The notes under the pieces are model-generated. The model was not told where the DNA came from, ran no database searches, and was given only the letters and a program-made list of their open reading frames with translations. Of a stretch of 64,000 nt of DNA, positions 45,832-56,400 are shown one piece after another. Positions within the stretch are counted from its first letter, which is position 1. Every line of letters begins with the position of its first letter. Source of the stretch: a virus; the IMG/VR virus record IMGVR_UViG_3300020048_000052, positions 1 to 64,000 of that record. One strand, given 5' to 3'. A program made the position numbers and the translations under genes.

Positions 45832-48459
45832 TTATAACCATCCAACTTCAAATTGTCTAACCCAATAAGCAGTATTTGCAGTAGCGCTTCCTTCAATTTT
45901 AAACCAAACGTCTATCTCTCCGTTGAATGCGCTAGATAGTGTGTATTCTGCATCGAATTCTGTCCAATCAAATGCAGAACCTGTTGGTAAGTTAACTCTA
46001 GTATCTGTACTTCCAACTCTAAGTAACATAAATACTTGAGTATCCGCGTTGTTTATATAGCTTGGGTCTGCTTTAATTGACATTCTAAATCTTACTTTTT
46101 TTCCAGAAGCAACTGATACGCCAGTTTGATACCTTAGCATATCGCATACTTGTTGACATCTTATTACTTGACCTCCATCAAGAGGTGTTTGCCCTTCTGC
46201 GATTGTAGCACCGTAGTTGTATGCAAATCCTCCACCGCTACCTAAGCCTAGTTCAAGTTTAGAATTATTCATTATCAATGTAATTGTTGGTTCTGCAGAA
46301 CCTTCATCTAACGTATGCGATTCTGTAGCAGTACCAGAGTCTGAAACACTGATATAAAGCGTTTGAGAAATACCTGTAACTGTTTCTGCAGCTGTACCAG
46401 AGTCTGTAGAATTAATAACTCTTGTTTCAACGTTAGAATTCATTGTATCAGTACCAGTACCAGAGTCTGTTTTGGAAATATTGACTGCCTGTGCAGATTT
46501 TGTATCAGTACCAGTACCAGAGTCTGTTTTAGCCAAGCTTATCGCTTGTTCATACTTATCATCTAAAGCGTCACCGGAGTCGTGCTTCATTAAAGTATAT
46601 AACCAAGATGCTAAAACTACTGTCATATTGTTTTCGTTTAAAGTATAGTCTTGTGCTTCTGAACCACTCATGTCATCGAATTTCCAGTATGCTTGTAATC
46701 CGGATTCGTTTCCATTTGGCCTATAGTCTTGGTCATCTTCTACTTCTATATCAGACATAGCTCTTGAATAAAGCACTAAATCTCTAACTATTCCATCAAA
46801 GAAGTAGCTCGTACCGCCAGTTTTAGCACCAACATAAATACCAGTTCCTCCATCGTCTCCGGCTTCGTCTGTTGCCGTTCCAGATTGTAATACTCCATCG
46901 ATAAATAATTTTGGAGTATTAGTTCCGTCAAATGTTAAATGTATTTGATATTCATGTTCACCATCAAATACTAAATCGCTTGAAGCAGCATTATAATCAA
47001 TGCTATATTCTTTTACTTGAGCAATAATTTTATTTCCTAATAATCTAATGCTCCAGCCAGTATTTGATGCAGTAGAAGCCTGAACAATTCTAGCATAGTC
47101 ATCATTAGATGCTGAAGGTTTTACTTTGACTGCAATAGTTTTAGCTCCAGAACTTAAAGGATTGCTTTCAGTATATGCTCTACTGCTAATGCCATCTAAT
47201 ATTAATCCATAACCGGATGTTAGAGTGTCTTCGATTGTAAACATTTCTTCAAGAACTGTTGGATTAAACACTTCATCTGAAGATTTTATTCTTATAATCA
47301 TAGGCAAGTCAGATTCTGTAGTCCCTGAAGCTGAGAACGTTTCGTATTCCTTAATTTTAATTAAGAAAGGATTTTCATGTTCGTCAGTACTTTCACCCCA
47401 ATGCCTGTCAGCCTCTTCTTCAATATCTACATGCATTTGTTCAGAGACAATATCGAATAGATTTGTTTCTGATGTTTTAGATTTAATTAAGTTTTTAGCC
47501 TCTTCTATTGGTAAGAATATAATCTTACTTGAATCTTCATCAATTGCAACAGGAATATATTCTTCTCTATAAACATACCTATCATTAAAGTAAGTTACTT
47601 CTGATAGAGCATTAGAGAATATTTCATCTTCTGTGATTAATCTTATAATTGTATTTTCTTGATATGAATAATTGAACGGGTTTGAATCTTCTAATGAAGC
47701 CAAGATACTTATGTCAATATTCAAATATTCAATATCTGGTTTTACCGTATAAGACTCCAAATCTTTCAAAACAAATAAGTCATATTCGTCTAGTATTGGT
47801 GTATAGTCTTCTGGAAGCTCAATACTAGATACTAATAAAAATGGATTTGTATATACTGGTAATACCATTTTTAAAATCTCTATTAAAGCCATGACCATAT
47901 CGAACTTCAAAATTCCACCAGCGAGTGGTGTTAACTTAATAACTACATTAGAACCTCTATGTTTTTTGCCTAAATACCTTGAGTTATCTGCATTTCCTGC
48001 TTTATATGTTCTTGGTGTAGTATATCCTTCTAATTCATTATGTTGATTTGTAGACCATGTTCTAAAAACTTTACTACCAAGGTCAGAGATTTCTGTATCA
48101 AAACCAGTTATCTCTTTAGCTACAAATATAACAGATGATTTAGTACCTTTTCTTTTAAATATTTCAACTATATTTTTGATTATTTTTCTTTGGCGCTCAA
48201 TAGGAAGAGTATAACTATATTCATAACCAAATGTCTTACCAAGTAACTTTAGCTCTTCCTGATTAAGATTATCTACCAAATTTACATCAACCATATCTAT
48301 AATCGATTGTAGTATCGGTTCTAAACCACCACCCTGAATGGCTTCAAGCAATCTTTTAAGAATAAGTTTTTGCTCGTTGTCTAACGTTCTATAAACAGCT
48401 GGCAGGTTGTTATATAAATAGTCTTGGCCTAAGGAATCAAAAATTGTTTCATTTGCCAT
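45832..48459 (-). CDS. Baseplate protein (P2 gpI-like N-terminus) with LamG/concanavalin domain and DSGTGT repeats
   Basis: LPAVYR...IFKRKGT; KLFIDG...IYVGA...FFDGIVRDLVLYSRAMS...AYWKFDD. Confidence 0.75.
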   Translation of the reverse strand: MANETIFDSLGQDYLYNNLPAVYRTLDNEQKLILKRLLEAIQGGGLEPILQSIIDMVDVNLVDNLNQEELKLLGKTFGYEYSYTLPIERQRKIIKNIVEIFKRKGTKSSVIFVAKEITGFDTEISDLGSKVFRTWSTNQHNELEGYTTPRTYKAGNADNSRYLGKKHRGSNVVIKLTPLAGGILKFDMVMALIEILKMVLPVYTNPFLLVSSIELPEDYTPILDEYDLFVLKDLESYTVKPDIEYLNIDISILASLEDSNPFNYSYQENTIIRLITEDEIFSNALSEVTYFNDRYVYREEYIPVAIDEDSSKIIFLPIEEAKNLIKSKTSETNLFDIVSEQMHVDIEEEADRHWGESTDEHENPFLIKIKEYETFSASGTTESDLPMIIRIKSSDEVFNPTVLEEMFTIEDTLTSGYGLILDGISSRAYTESNPLSSGAKTIAVKVKPSASNDDYARIVQASTASNTGWSIRLLGNKIIAQVKEYSIDYNAASSDLVFDGEHEYQIHLTFDGTNTPKLFIDGVLQSGTATDEAGDDGGTGIYVGAKTGGTSYFFDGIVRDLVLYSRAMSDIEVEDDQDYRPNGNESGLQAYWKFDDMSGSEAQDYTLNENNMTVVLASWLYTLMKHDSGDALDDKYEQAISLAKTDSGTGTDTKSAQAVNISKTDSGTGTDTMNSNVETRVINSTDSGTAAETVTGISQTLYISVSDSGTATESHTLDEGSAEPTITLIMNNSKLELGLGSGGGFAYNYGATIAEGQTPLDGGQVIRCQQVCDMLRYQTGVSVASGKKVRFRMSIKADPSYINNADTQVFMLLRVGSTDTRVNLPTGSAFDWTEFDAEYTLSSAFNGEIDVWFKIEGSATANTAYWVRQFEVGWL
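46444..46530. repeat. 30-bp coding direct repeat (46444-46473, 46501-46530) encoding KTDSGTGTDT
   Basis: TGTATCAGTACCAGTACCAGAGTCTGTTTT twice, plus degenerate copies nearby. Confidence 0.85.
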
Positions 48460-48460
48460 C

Positions 48461-49843
48461 CTATTTACCTCCCGTCACTGTAACATTAATTGCAACAATC
48501 TTAACCATTTCATTCTCTGCTGGTACTCCTCCGGCAATGTCTACGTCAACGTTTTTAACGTCAACCCATTCCATTAGAGACTGTATTATCTCACCGCTAT
48601 AAAGCTCTTCACCAAAGCCTAATGTACCAACCTTGTATTGGTTCTGAACAAAGTCTATTATTTTAAGACGTATTTCAGAATTTGAAAGGCCTGGGAATGT
48701 ATAAGCTGTTATGTTTACTGTATTCGTTCTATAAATCGGAGGATTTATAGATACTCTAGCCCCAATAAGCTTTCTTTCAACAAAGAATGCATAAATCTCG
48801 CCAAGTCTTTCTGCAGATATTGTTTCACTGTTTTTAAGTTTTATATACATGTTGACCAATGCACCGCCTGCAGAATCTACAGTAGCTGTTGCTTTCTCAA
48901 CATCCGGTAATGTGAGTGCTAATTTAATGAAGTCATCCTTTGTAACAGCTCTCCATAGAGTATAAATCTGCGAAGGTGCTTTAGCTTTTGCAGATGCAAT
49001 TGACTCCTCATCTTCACCGTCGTATGCATCTTCTTGATTTGTTACATAAACATCTGCAATTATGTTGTCTTCATTGTAGATTTGACCTTTAATAACTGTA
49101 ATAGAGTTCATACTAACGTTGCCAATTTCACCACCGCCAATACGATAAGAAGCGAAAATTCTATAATCGTTTTCAGGGATATATCCGTTAACTCCGTTGC
49201 CAAATAATACTCTTGAAGATTTACTTCCATATCTTTCTACGACAAAGTCTTTACCTTCTGAAGAGCTGTTAATGAAGTTATCGATTTCGTCATATTCTTC
49301 ACCCTCAACATATATTTTAACACCGTCTAAAACCTGTTGATAAGTTAAATTATAGATTTGATTAGAAGAACCGTTGCTATACCCAAGAGTTTCTTCTTTG
49401 GTTTCGCCTTGCGTAGCGGTGACTGTTACAGATGTTTGGCCTACTTCTATAATCGCAATTTCATCTGTTTCAAATCTTATAGGGTTAGAGCCTTCAGTTA
49501 AACAGACAGTTCTTGCGGGTATTATAATCATTTTATTTACAGGGGCTGTTATAGAAAATGTCAATGTAACTTTAGCTGGTTGCCAGTTTCTTAGTTTGTA
49601 CCCAAGCATATTACAAATCTTAATGACATTTTCTTTTTGTATAGCACTTTCAAGATACACTTCATTAGAATATCTGTCTAGCGTATATGATAACAAATCA
49701 CCAACCCATGCAAACAACTCAATCATTGCGATTGCAAATTCTGAATCTTTTTTGTTATTAAGCTCTGGTAGCAGGACTGTCAGTCTGCTTATCATTTCCT
49801 GTTTTAGCGAATCGAAATCGCGAGAAGTATAATCAGTAGCCAT
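48461..49843 (-). CDS. Baseplate J/gp6-like wedge protein
   Basis: DYTSRDFDS, LFGNGVNG, YRIGGG...GNV, RAVTKDDF. Confidence 0.9.
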   Translation of the reverse strand: MATDYTSRDFDSLKQEMISRLTVLLPELNNKKDSEFAIAMIELFAWVGDLLSYTLDRYSNEVYLESAIQKENVIKICNMLGYKLRNWQPAKVTLTFSITAPVNKMIIIPARTVCLTEGSNPIRFETDEIAIIEVGQTSVTVTATQGETKEETLGYSNGSSNQIYNLTYQQVLDGVKIYVEGEEYDEIDNFINSSSEGKDFVVERYGSKSSRVLFGNGVNGYIPENDYRIFASYRIGGGEIGNVSMNSITVIKGQIYNEDNIIADVYVTNQEDAYDGEDEESIASAKAKAPSQIYTLWRAVTKDDFIKLALTLPDVEKATATVDSAGGALVNMYIKLKNSETISAERLGEIYAFFVERKLIGARVSINPPIYRTNTVNITAYTFPGLSNSEIRLKIIDFVQNQYKVGTLGFGEELYSGEIIQSLMEWVDVKNVDVDIAGGVPAENEMVKIVAINVTVTGGK

Positions 49844-49863
49844 TTTATCACCTCACTTTCTGT

Positions 49864-50250
49864 TTATTCAATAATATTTCGAGTATATAGAATATTTGTT
49901 ATTTGCAATGGTAAGTTAGAGTATTTTATCGTATATACAATTTGAATCTTAATGACTTCTTCTTCTTTAATAACTGTAATTCCGTTTTCTTTTACGACTA
50001 CTCTTGTTTCGAATTCTGTTATTGCGTCTATAATATACTGCTTAGCAAGCTCTTCGATTATTCTAATATCATATTCAAAAATAATTTTTTTCAAGTCGCA
50101 ACCAAAGCGTGGGTTCATAACTCTTTCGCCTTTAGCTGTTAATAAAATCTGCTTCATAGAATCTTCAATAGACTCTATAAGGCTTTGAGTATATTCAACA
50201 GAACCTTTATAGTCTGATTTTAATGGGAATGAAATTCCAAGTTTAGCCAT
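49864..50250 (-). CDS. Baseplate gp25/gpW-like protein
   Basis: GISFP, ILLTAKGERVMNPRFGC, FETRV. Confidence 0.9.
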   Translation of the reverse strand: MAKLGISFPLKSDYKGSVEYTQSLIESIEDSMKQILLTAKGERVMNPRFGCDLKKIIFEYDIRIIEELAKQYIIDAITEFETRVVVKENGITVIKEEEVIKIQIVYTIKYSNLPLQITNILYTRNIIE

Positions 50251-50261
50251 ATTGACACCTC

Positions 50262-50606
50262 CTATACAGTTATTAATTTAGAAATTCCAGAAATTATTGA
50301 AGCAGTCCCATTATGCGGAACTGTCGAATCGCCAATACACTGGACAGAAACACCATTTATTCTAAGTTTATGTGTAGCATTTCCAAGCTTTCCAACTCCA
50401 GAATCACAATTATCTTGTTCTGACGTTGCCGAACCTTCAATTGCTACAGAAACTCCATTAACTTTTACTTTAGCACTACCGGATGTGATAGTGCCAGTTA
50501 GCACTCCAGCGCCATGAATCGGATTTCCATCTTCATCATAATGCCCTGCATGCTCTCCTGTTGTAGTTCCTCTTATGTTGCTACCAACTAATGCGACTCC
50601 TGGCAT
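50262..50606 (-). CDS. PAAR-like spike tip protein
   Basis: MPGVALVG, ITSGSAKVKVNG, RINGVSVQCIGD. Confidence 0.75.
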   Translation of the reverse strand: MPGVALVGSNIRGTTTGEHAGHYDEDGNPIHGAGVLTGTITSGSAKVKVNGVSVAIEGSATSEQDNCDSGVGKLGNATHKLRINGVSVQCIGDSTVPHNGTASIISGISKLITV

Positions 50607-50610
50607 AATA

Positions 50611-51138
50611 TCACCTCACATCTACAATGCCATTTGGACATTCTAAAATTATATTTCCTTCAGAATGAACAGTAACATTTGAGCCGATAATTATATAAGA
50701 ACCGCTTTGACCATTTGAAACTTTTATTGTATTTGCTTCATCGTCAAATTCTATAGTATGTCCAGATTTAGTCTTAATCATTTTGACTTTACCATATTTT
50801 GCTGTTGCTACATCTGGAACTTCATTATTATCGTTAGGTTTTGTCCACCAAACTCCAGACCAAATTGGATTTGTAGGACAGCCCTGTTCAAACTCTAACC
50901 ATACTCCAGATTCAATCTCTGGAATCATAAAGAATCCTGTTTCATCAGAACCACCATATGGAAGGCAAGGCCAAGCCCATGGTGACATATCTTTGCCATA
51001 AATATCTGGACAGGTAACTCTTATTCTTCCAAGCTTTTCAGGGTCATCTATCTTTTTAACGACAGCCCTAAATTTTCCAAAATATTTTCCTACATTATCT
51101 TTGTCAGATTTACTTTTAAATACGTCTTCAGGGTTCAT
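50611..51138 (-). CDS. Baseplate spike (gpV/gp5 OB-fold)
   Basis: DDPEKLGRIRV, WAWP, PEIESGVWLEFEQG...P, TKSGHTIEFDD. Confidence 0.9.
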   Translation of the reverse strand: MNPEDVFKSKSDKDNVGKYFGKFRAVVKKIDDPEKLGRIRVTCPDIYGKDMSPWAWPCLPYGGSDETGFFMIPEIESGVWLEFEQGCPTNPIWSGVWWTKPNDNNEVPDVATAKYGKVKMIKTKSGHTIEFDDEANTIKVSNGQSGSYIIIGSNVTVHSEGNIILECPNGIVDVR

Positions 51139-51150
51139 TTCATTACCTCC

Positions 51151-51172
51151 TATCCAGACACTGTCTAATTTG
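51151..51172. promoter_or_regulatory. Quasi-palindromic motif TATCYAGACACTGTCTAAKTTG, copy 2
   Basis: Matches 35396-35417. Confidence 0.55.
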
Positions 51173-51193
51173 CCATAAAAACCGTTAATGATT

Positions 51194-51236
51194 ACATATT
51201 AGGCACCTTGCGTTTGTTAATCTAGCAGGGTTCTAG
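51194..51236 (-). repeat. 43-bp dispersed repeat, copy 2 (inverted relative to 20500-20542)
   Basis: Reverse complement reads CTAGAACCCTGCTAGATTAACAAACGCAAGGTGCCTAATATGT. Confidence 0.92.
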
Positions 51237-51246
51237 GGACGTGCTT

Positions 51247-52749
51247 TTATGGCATTTGGCCTACTGTTTCTTCTCCAGTTATACCATCAACTATATAAAC
51301 CTTGCCAGGGTTTTTACTTGCAGTTTTATTTGAACCAGAGCTTTCAGTCGAAGTAGGGTTGTTGATAGGACCTTCGTTTTCGTCTGAAACTTTAGCAGCT
51401 TGGCCGATACCATTTCTTGTGCATTCCAATGAAGTCCTATATCCACCACTATCAATTGTATGCCTTACTGTCTTTACATACCAATTTCCAGACCATTTTT
51501 TGCCTACACCGAATATAGTTACTAAACCTCCAGCCTTTATCTCTGGTATTCCAATACAATCTATATCTGCTTCAAACCATTTTGTAGTGCCACTTTTAGA
51601 CTCGCTATTTTTCATTGCCCCAGCGGCAACATTATCAGTTGTATTTGAAACTTTATTATTAGAAGCCCCTTGAACTGGCGTAAATACTTTTTCTTCTTCA
51701 CCTGTAATACCATTTATTACATAAGAATACTGGCCAAGTTTAGTCGAATTTGTATTGTTTGCCTTAGTAGTAGAAGCAGTTTTGTTTGTAGGGTTAGTTG
51801 TAGTAGATGATGCTGAAGACTTTGCATCTTTAGTTTTAATCTTAGGATAAAACTTTTCAACTTCTCCTGCTCCATCAATATAGTAATATAAAGTCCTTTG
51901 TGTTTTTGATGAAAAATCTACATTTCTGAAAAATAATTTATCACCATAGACTTTAACTGTATATCCTATTCTATCGCCAAGTCTTTTAAGAAAAGCCAAA
52001 TTGTCTTCATTTGTTTGCGGAGTATAATCATATCTTGTTTCCACTACTTCAACATCAGCTTGTAACCCCATTTCCTCAGCAATAGAAGTTGCAATCTCTG
52101 AGTAAGTCATATTTTCCCATACTCTGCTATGCGTTGCTAAAGGATTTGGGCTATCCTCCTCAACAACTTCTGGTGCCGGCTCTTCAGCAGGAGTCTGAAT
52201 CTCTTCTTCTTGTCCAGGGATTTTTAAAACCTGCCCAGGATAAATAAGATTTGGATTAGAACCTATGACATCTCTATTTGCATTGTATAAATCTTTCCAC
52301 CCTGGAAGTCCAAATCTTCTTGAAATTGCAGAAAGATTATCGCCTTTGACTACTGTATATGTCTTTGGTGCAGACGAAGTAGACTCTACTTTGGCCGGTG
52401 CAGGAGATGCTGAGGGAGCAGGTGGTGGTACAACTCCAGAATTTATTTGATAGGCTTGAACTTTTATTTCATTTAAGCCTTCGACATCCTTTATTTTTGC
52501 CTGCTTAACAGCACTTCTTCTATTTAGATATCCATATTGAAATGTTATAACCCCACCAATATCAAGCATAGGGTCATCTACAAATTGCAATAGAGTATCG
52601 TCAATCAAAATTGTCATCATGTCGTCTTTATCATCGACTTCTTCAAATTCAAACTTACTTATTTTATCTGCAAGTTCTGAAGGTGCTTTTTTACCGTCTA
52701 TTTTAATAGTAAAAAACGGATCGTAAGCTTCAGGAATCATAAATGTCAC
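51247..52749 (-). CDS. Baseplate hub (gpD/gp27-like) with inserted LysM domain
   Basis: QTNEDNLAFLKRL, GIPEIKAG...GVGKKWSGNWYVKTVRH; YTVVKGDNLSAIS...NPNLIYPGQVLKIP. Confidence 0.88.
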   Translation of the reverse strand: MTFMIPEAYDPFFTIKIDGKKAPSELADKISKFEFEEVDDKDDMMTILIDDTLLQFVDDPMLDIGGVITFQYGYLNRRSAVKQAKIKDVEGLNEIKVQAYQINSGVVPPPAPSASPAPAKVESTSSAPKTYTVVKGDNLSAISRRFGLPGWKDLYNANRDVIGSNPNLIYPGQVLKIPGQEEEIQTPAEEPAPEVVEEDSPNPLATHSRVWENMTYSEIATSIAEEMGLQADVEVVETRYDYTPQTNEDNLAFLKRLGDRIGYTVKVYGDKLFFRNVDFSSKTQRTLYYYIDGAGEVEKFYPKIKTKDAKSSASSTTTNPTNKTASTTKANNTNSTKLGQYSYVINGITGEEEKVFTPVQGASNNKVSNTTDNVAAGAMKNSESKSGTTKWFEADIDCIGIPEIKAGGLVTIFGVGKKWSGNWYVKTVRHTIDSGGYRTSLECTRNGIGQAAKVSDENEGPINNPTSTESSGSNKTASKNPGKVYIVDGITGEETVGQMP

Positions 52750-53032
52750 CTCCAGAAATTCTGCTAAAACTTGGTAATACTAGAATCGTGCCAGGCTCTA
52801 AAGCTAAAAATGGATTAAATATATCATTCCAATCACATATGATATACCACCACTCAGGCATTTTCCAATAATTATATGCGATTAACTCAAGCCTTTCTCC
52901 ATCTCTTACGACATGGATAATGTTGTCATCAAATTCTTTCTTTTTAAGAATCTTTCTTGAGCCTATATAGAAAGCGTTATTATGTTTATACACTTTCGAA
53001 TTTTCATATCTAGAACCTTGAAATATTGACAA
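52730..53032 (-). CDS. Tail X / LysM-like baseplate protein
   Basis: HVVRDGERLELIAYNYW...WWYICDWN...LEPGTILVLP. Confidence 0.85.
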   Translation of the reverse strand: MSIFQGSRYENSKVYKHNNAFYIGSRKILKKKEFDDNIIHVVRDGERLELIAYNYWKMPEWWYIICDWNDIFNPFLALEPGTILVLPSFSRISGGDIYDS

Positions 53033-53045
53033 AATAATCCACCTC

Positions 53046-53495
53046 CTAATAAGATTTTTTAAGCGTTAATGTTAAGTCTCCATATTTTGGCAAACCATCT
53101 GGAAAGAAAGCTTGCCATTCTATATTGCAAGTATCGATTATACACTTTGCAGAACCGATTTTTGGCCAGACCCATAACACTTTAGGCGGTGCTACTTGTA
53201 ATATATTGTCTGACCTTTTTGTATACGTCCTGTCTTTAAACCAAAAATAAATATCAAGAATTCCTTGACCACCTTTTTCATGCCCTAAAGCGCTTAGAAA
53301 TAACTTAACATCTATTATATCTTCTCCACCTGAAACAAATTGGTAAATAGGACGGTCAAGACCGGGTATTGTAATTGCAGCGTAATTCATTGCCCTATTT
53401 ACCGAAAATGTTTCTGGATTGTATTGAAAGTATTGAATCTCATTGGTGCTCATATCTACAATGGCACCTTTAAAAACTTTTTCATATATAGCCAT
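53046..53495 (-). CDS. Tail tube initiator (gpU / CIS tube-like)
   Basis: FQYNPE, IPGLDRP.YQFVSG, PPKVLWVW, FFPDGLP. Confidence 0.8.
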   Translation of the reverse strand: MAIYEKVFKGAIVDMSTNEIQYFQYNPETFSVNRAMNYAAITIPGLDRPIYQFVSGGEDIIDVKLFLSALGHEKGGQGILDIYFWFKDRTYTKRSDNILQVAPPKVLWVWPKIGSAKCIIDTCNIEWQAFFPDGLPKYGDLTLTLKKSY

Positions 53496-53497
53496 TG

Positions 53498-56400
53498 TTA
53501 TTTCCTCCTATTCTGCAAATCTACATAATCTGCTGTAGCCCTTGCAACTTCCCTACCATCTATTTTGACCGGTACGGTGATTTGAACAGGAGGTAGGTTT
53601 GAACCGTTTTGGCCAGAAGCTCCAGATTGGTTCTGGTTGTTATTGTTGGTTGTATAATTGTTATTTATTACGTTGTTAACTGGAGTGCTTCTATACCCAT
53701 TTTTTGGGCCATCTAAAACAGGTTCAGGCATGGCTGAGGCAATGGCATTTGCAAATGGTAGCATATGTCGTCCGGATAATGGGATTGCAGCTTCTTTAAC
53801 ATTTGGCTGCTCACCAATACCAATGATGCTTGGTCCGTTGAAAAGACCGCCTGTAGCGTGCCCTTTAACTGTTATTGCATTCCATGCCTCACTGATTTTG
53901 CCTCCCATAGAAGACCATACACCTTTGATTTTATCTACTAAACTACCAACCCATGCAAATTTTTCACCAATCCAATTGAAGAATCCTGATGCAGTATCTT
54001 TTAATGAACCCCAAACTCCAGCCAAGACACCTTTTATTCCATCCCAAATTCCAATAATCTTTTGAACTACTCCTGCGCAGATGTCTTGAATGTTTTGCCA
54101 AACTCCGCCCCAAATCCCTTTCAAAGTTTCACCAAGCGTTGTAAAGTCTCCGGTGAAAATAGCTTTGACTACTGCAACAATTGTTAGAACAATGCCTTTT
54201 ATTACTTCGAATATCATCATCCAGATTCCTGCAATAATTGTCCAGCAAGTTAAGAATACGCCTACTATTGCAGCAACTATTGATATGACTACATTGACGA
54301 TACCCCAAATTATACCTATGATTATACCTACTGCTGCAATTATGATTAAGACAACAGCCATTATAGCCTGAAATAAAACGATTCCGATTGTAGCAAATAC
54401 ACCAACTATTCCCCAGAATATCGTTTGTAAGAAAGCCCAAACTTGCTTTCTAAAGATTACGATTAGAACTATTATTGCAATGACTGCAGCTACTATTAAA
54501 GCAGCCACCCAAACAGGAATACCAAGAATACCTGCCACTATACCGGCAATCCACATGAATGCAGTCCATAACCATTTGCCTAGACCAAATATCAATTTAC
54601 CAATCCATGCGATTGCTTTCCAAAGCCATCCTAGTTTTGTAACGATTGTGCCAATAAACTTGGCAACTTTAATTATTGGTGCTATTATTTTCCATATAGT
54701 ACCTACAGTAGCAAGAATTGCCAAAGCAACACCAATCCAATAACCAACCTCTTTCCAAGCATTGGCATTTTCTTGAGTAGGGTTAATCAGTTTTTGTAAA
54801 GCTGGGAAAACTATACCGAATTTTGCAAGTAAAGCACCTAAAGGTTTTAAGACATAGTCTCTAATTCCTGCACCAATAGGTTTAAGAACTTGATTTAGAA
54901 TAAATGTCCATGTGTCTTTAAAACCTGCCTTAATACCTTCCCATAGATATCTTAATCTTGTATAAACCATAAATAGCGTTTTAACTAAATCCCAAAGCCC
55001 TGCATCAACCAGCTTATCATGCAAATCTGCAGATATTGTACCTTTGTCATTAGAAAACGTATGAATTAACTCTCCTAAACCTTGGAATACTAACTTAACC
55101 ATATTGAAAAATTCTTTAATTTTCTTTATAGAATTCATGAATGCATCTGAAATGCCCATGAAATTCGTTTTAAATGCAAAGTATAAAGTACCAGCAAGTA
55201 ATAACAAAGGCCAAAGAGTTATTAAGAATTTTAAAAATTCAGCTCTTAGAAGAACCATTCTTGATTTCATTAATGCAACAGAAGCATTGACTATTTGAAA
55301 TGCAGCACTTAAAATGAATAGTATACCAGTTAGCATTAGAGCTGAACCAGCAACCATAGCAATTGCACTTGCGATTCTAATCAACCAAGGATTCGCTTTA
55401 ACAAATTTTTGAAGTGCTACAACCATAAGCCCTAAAGCCTTTAATCCTGGGCCAAACATTCCAAAAAGAGACTCACCGATAGACTGTTTTAAGTTATTAA
55501 CTCTTTGTACGAATACTTCCCATGCATCTCCCATGTTATTTGCTGCTTTTTCTGCCATATCTAAAGCTACTGGTAAGCCTTTTGACATTGCATCTTTTAT
55601 TTGAAGTGTGTCGTCTTTTAACTGGTCAATATATGGTAGTAAGTTTATAATCGTAGACGTTGCTTCTCTTGAACCAAAAATCTTTCTTAAACCTTCCATA
55701 GAATCTGCAGTCAATTTTCCGTATTGCTGTGCAACATTACTAACTACATTATCATCAGAAATTTCCATATTGTTTAATGAAGCAGATATTCCTTTTGCAA
55801 CCTCTGGGCCAAGTTTTGTTGAAAATATATCTCTTGCATTTTCTAATATATTGATTATAGGCAATAACATGCCTTTGTCATCTGTAAGTTGAATTGGTAC
55901 ATTATGTTTTTTAGCTAATTCAACTGCTCTCGGTGCATTAACTGCTAATGCTCTAAGCTTAGTACCAGCTTCTGAACCTGTCATTGTCTGTTGCAAACGA
56001 CCAAGTACCGCAAATTGTTCTTCCATAGAAATACCTTGCTGTGTTGCTATAGCAGTTGCTTGAGAAAACGCATCACCCATGTTTTTACCGGTAGCTCTAT
56101 AGATTTTAACTGACTGTGCCAAAGCACCAGCAAGTTCATTCATAAATGCTTCGTCTGTAATACCACCTCTAGACGGTTTTAAGATACCCCACATAATAGG
56201 AACAAGTGATTGTATTTCGTCCATAGTAGATTTTGTAGCTTTAGCCAATACACCTGTGGTTGTTGTCATCTTAGTTACCATAGCATCAGACAGTTCATAC
56301 AAACCTGATTTGATTTCATAAGCTGTATTTAAGAATGATTCTTGAGTAGAACCAGCCCATGTGTTTGTAAAGTCTTCTGCTGCAGCTTTTAATCTACCTA

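Noticed and set aside
36519-48459. Diversity-generating retroelement or invertible tail-fibre cassette
   Set aside because: No reverse transcriptase, invertase or TR/VR pair seen in this window
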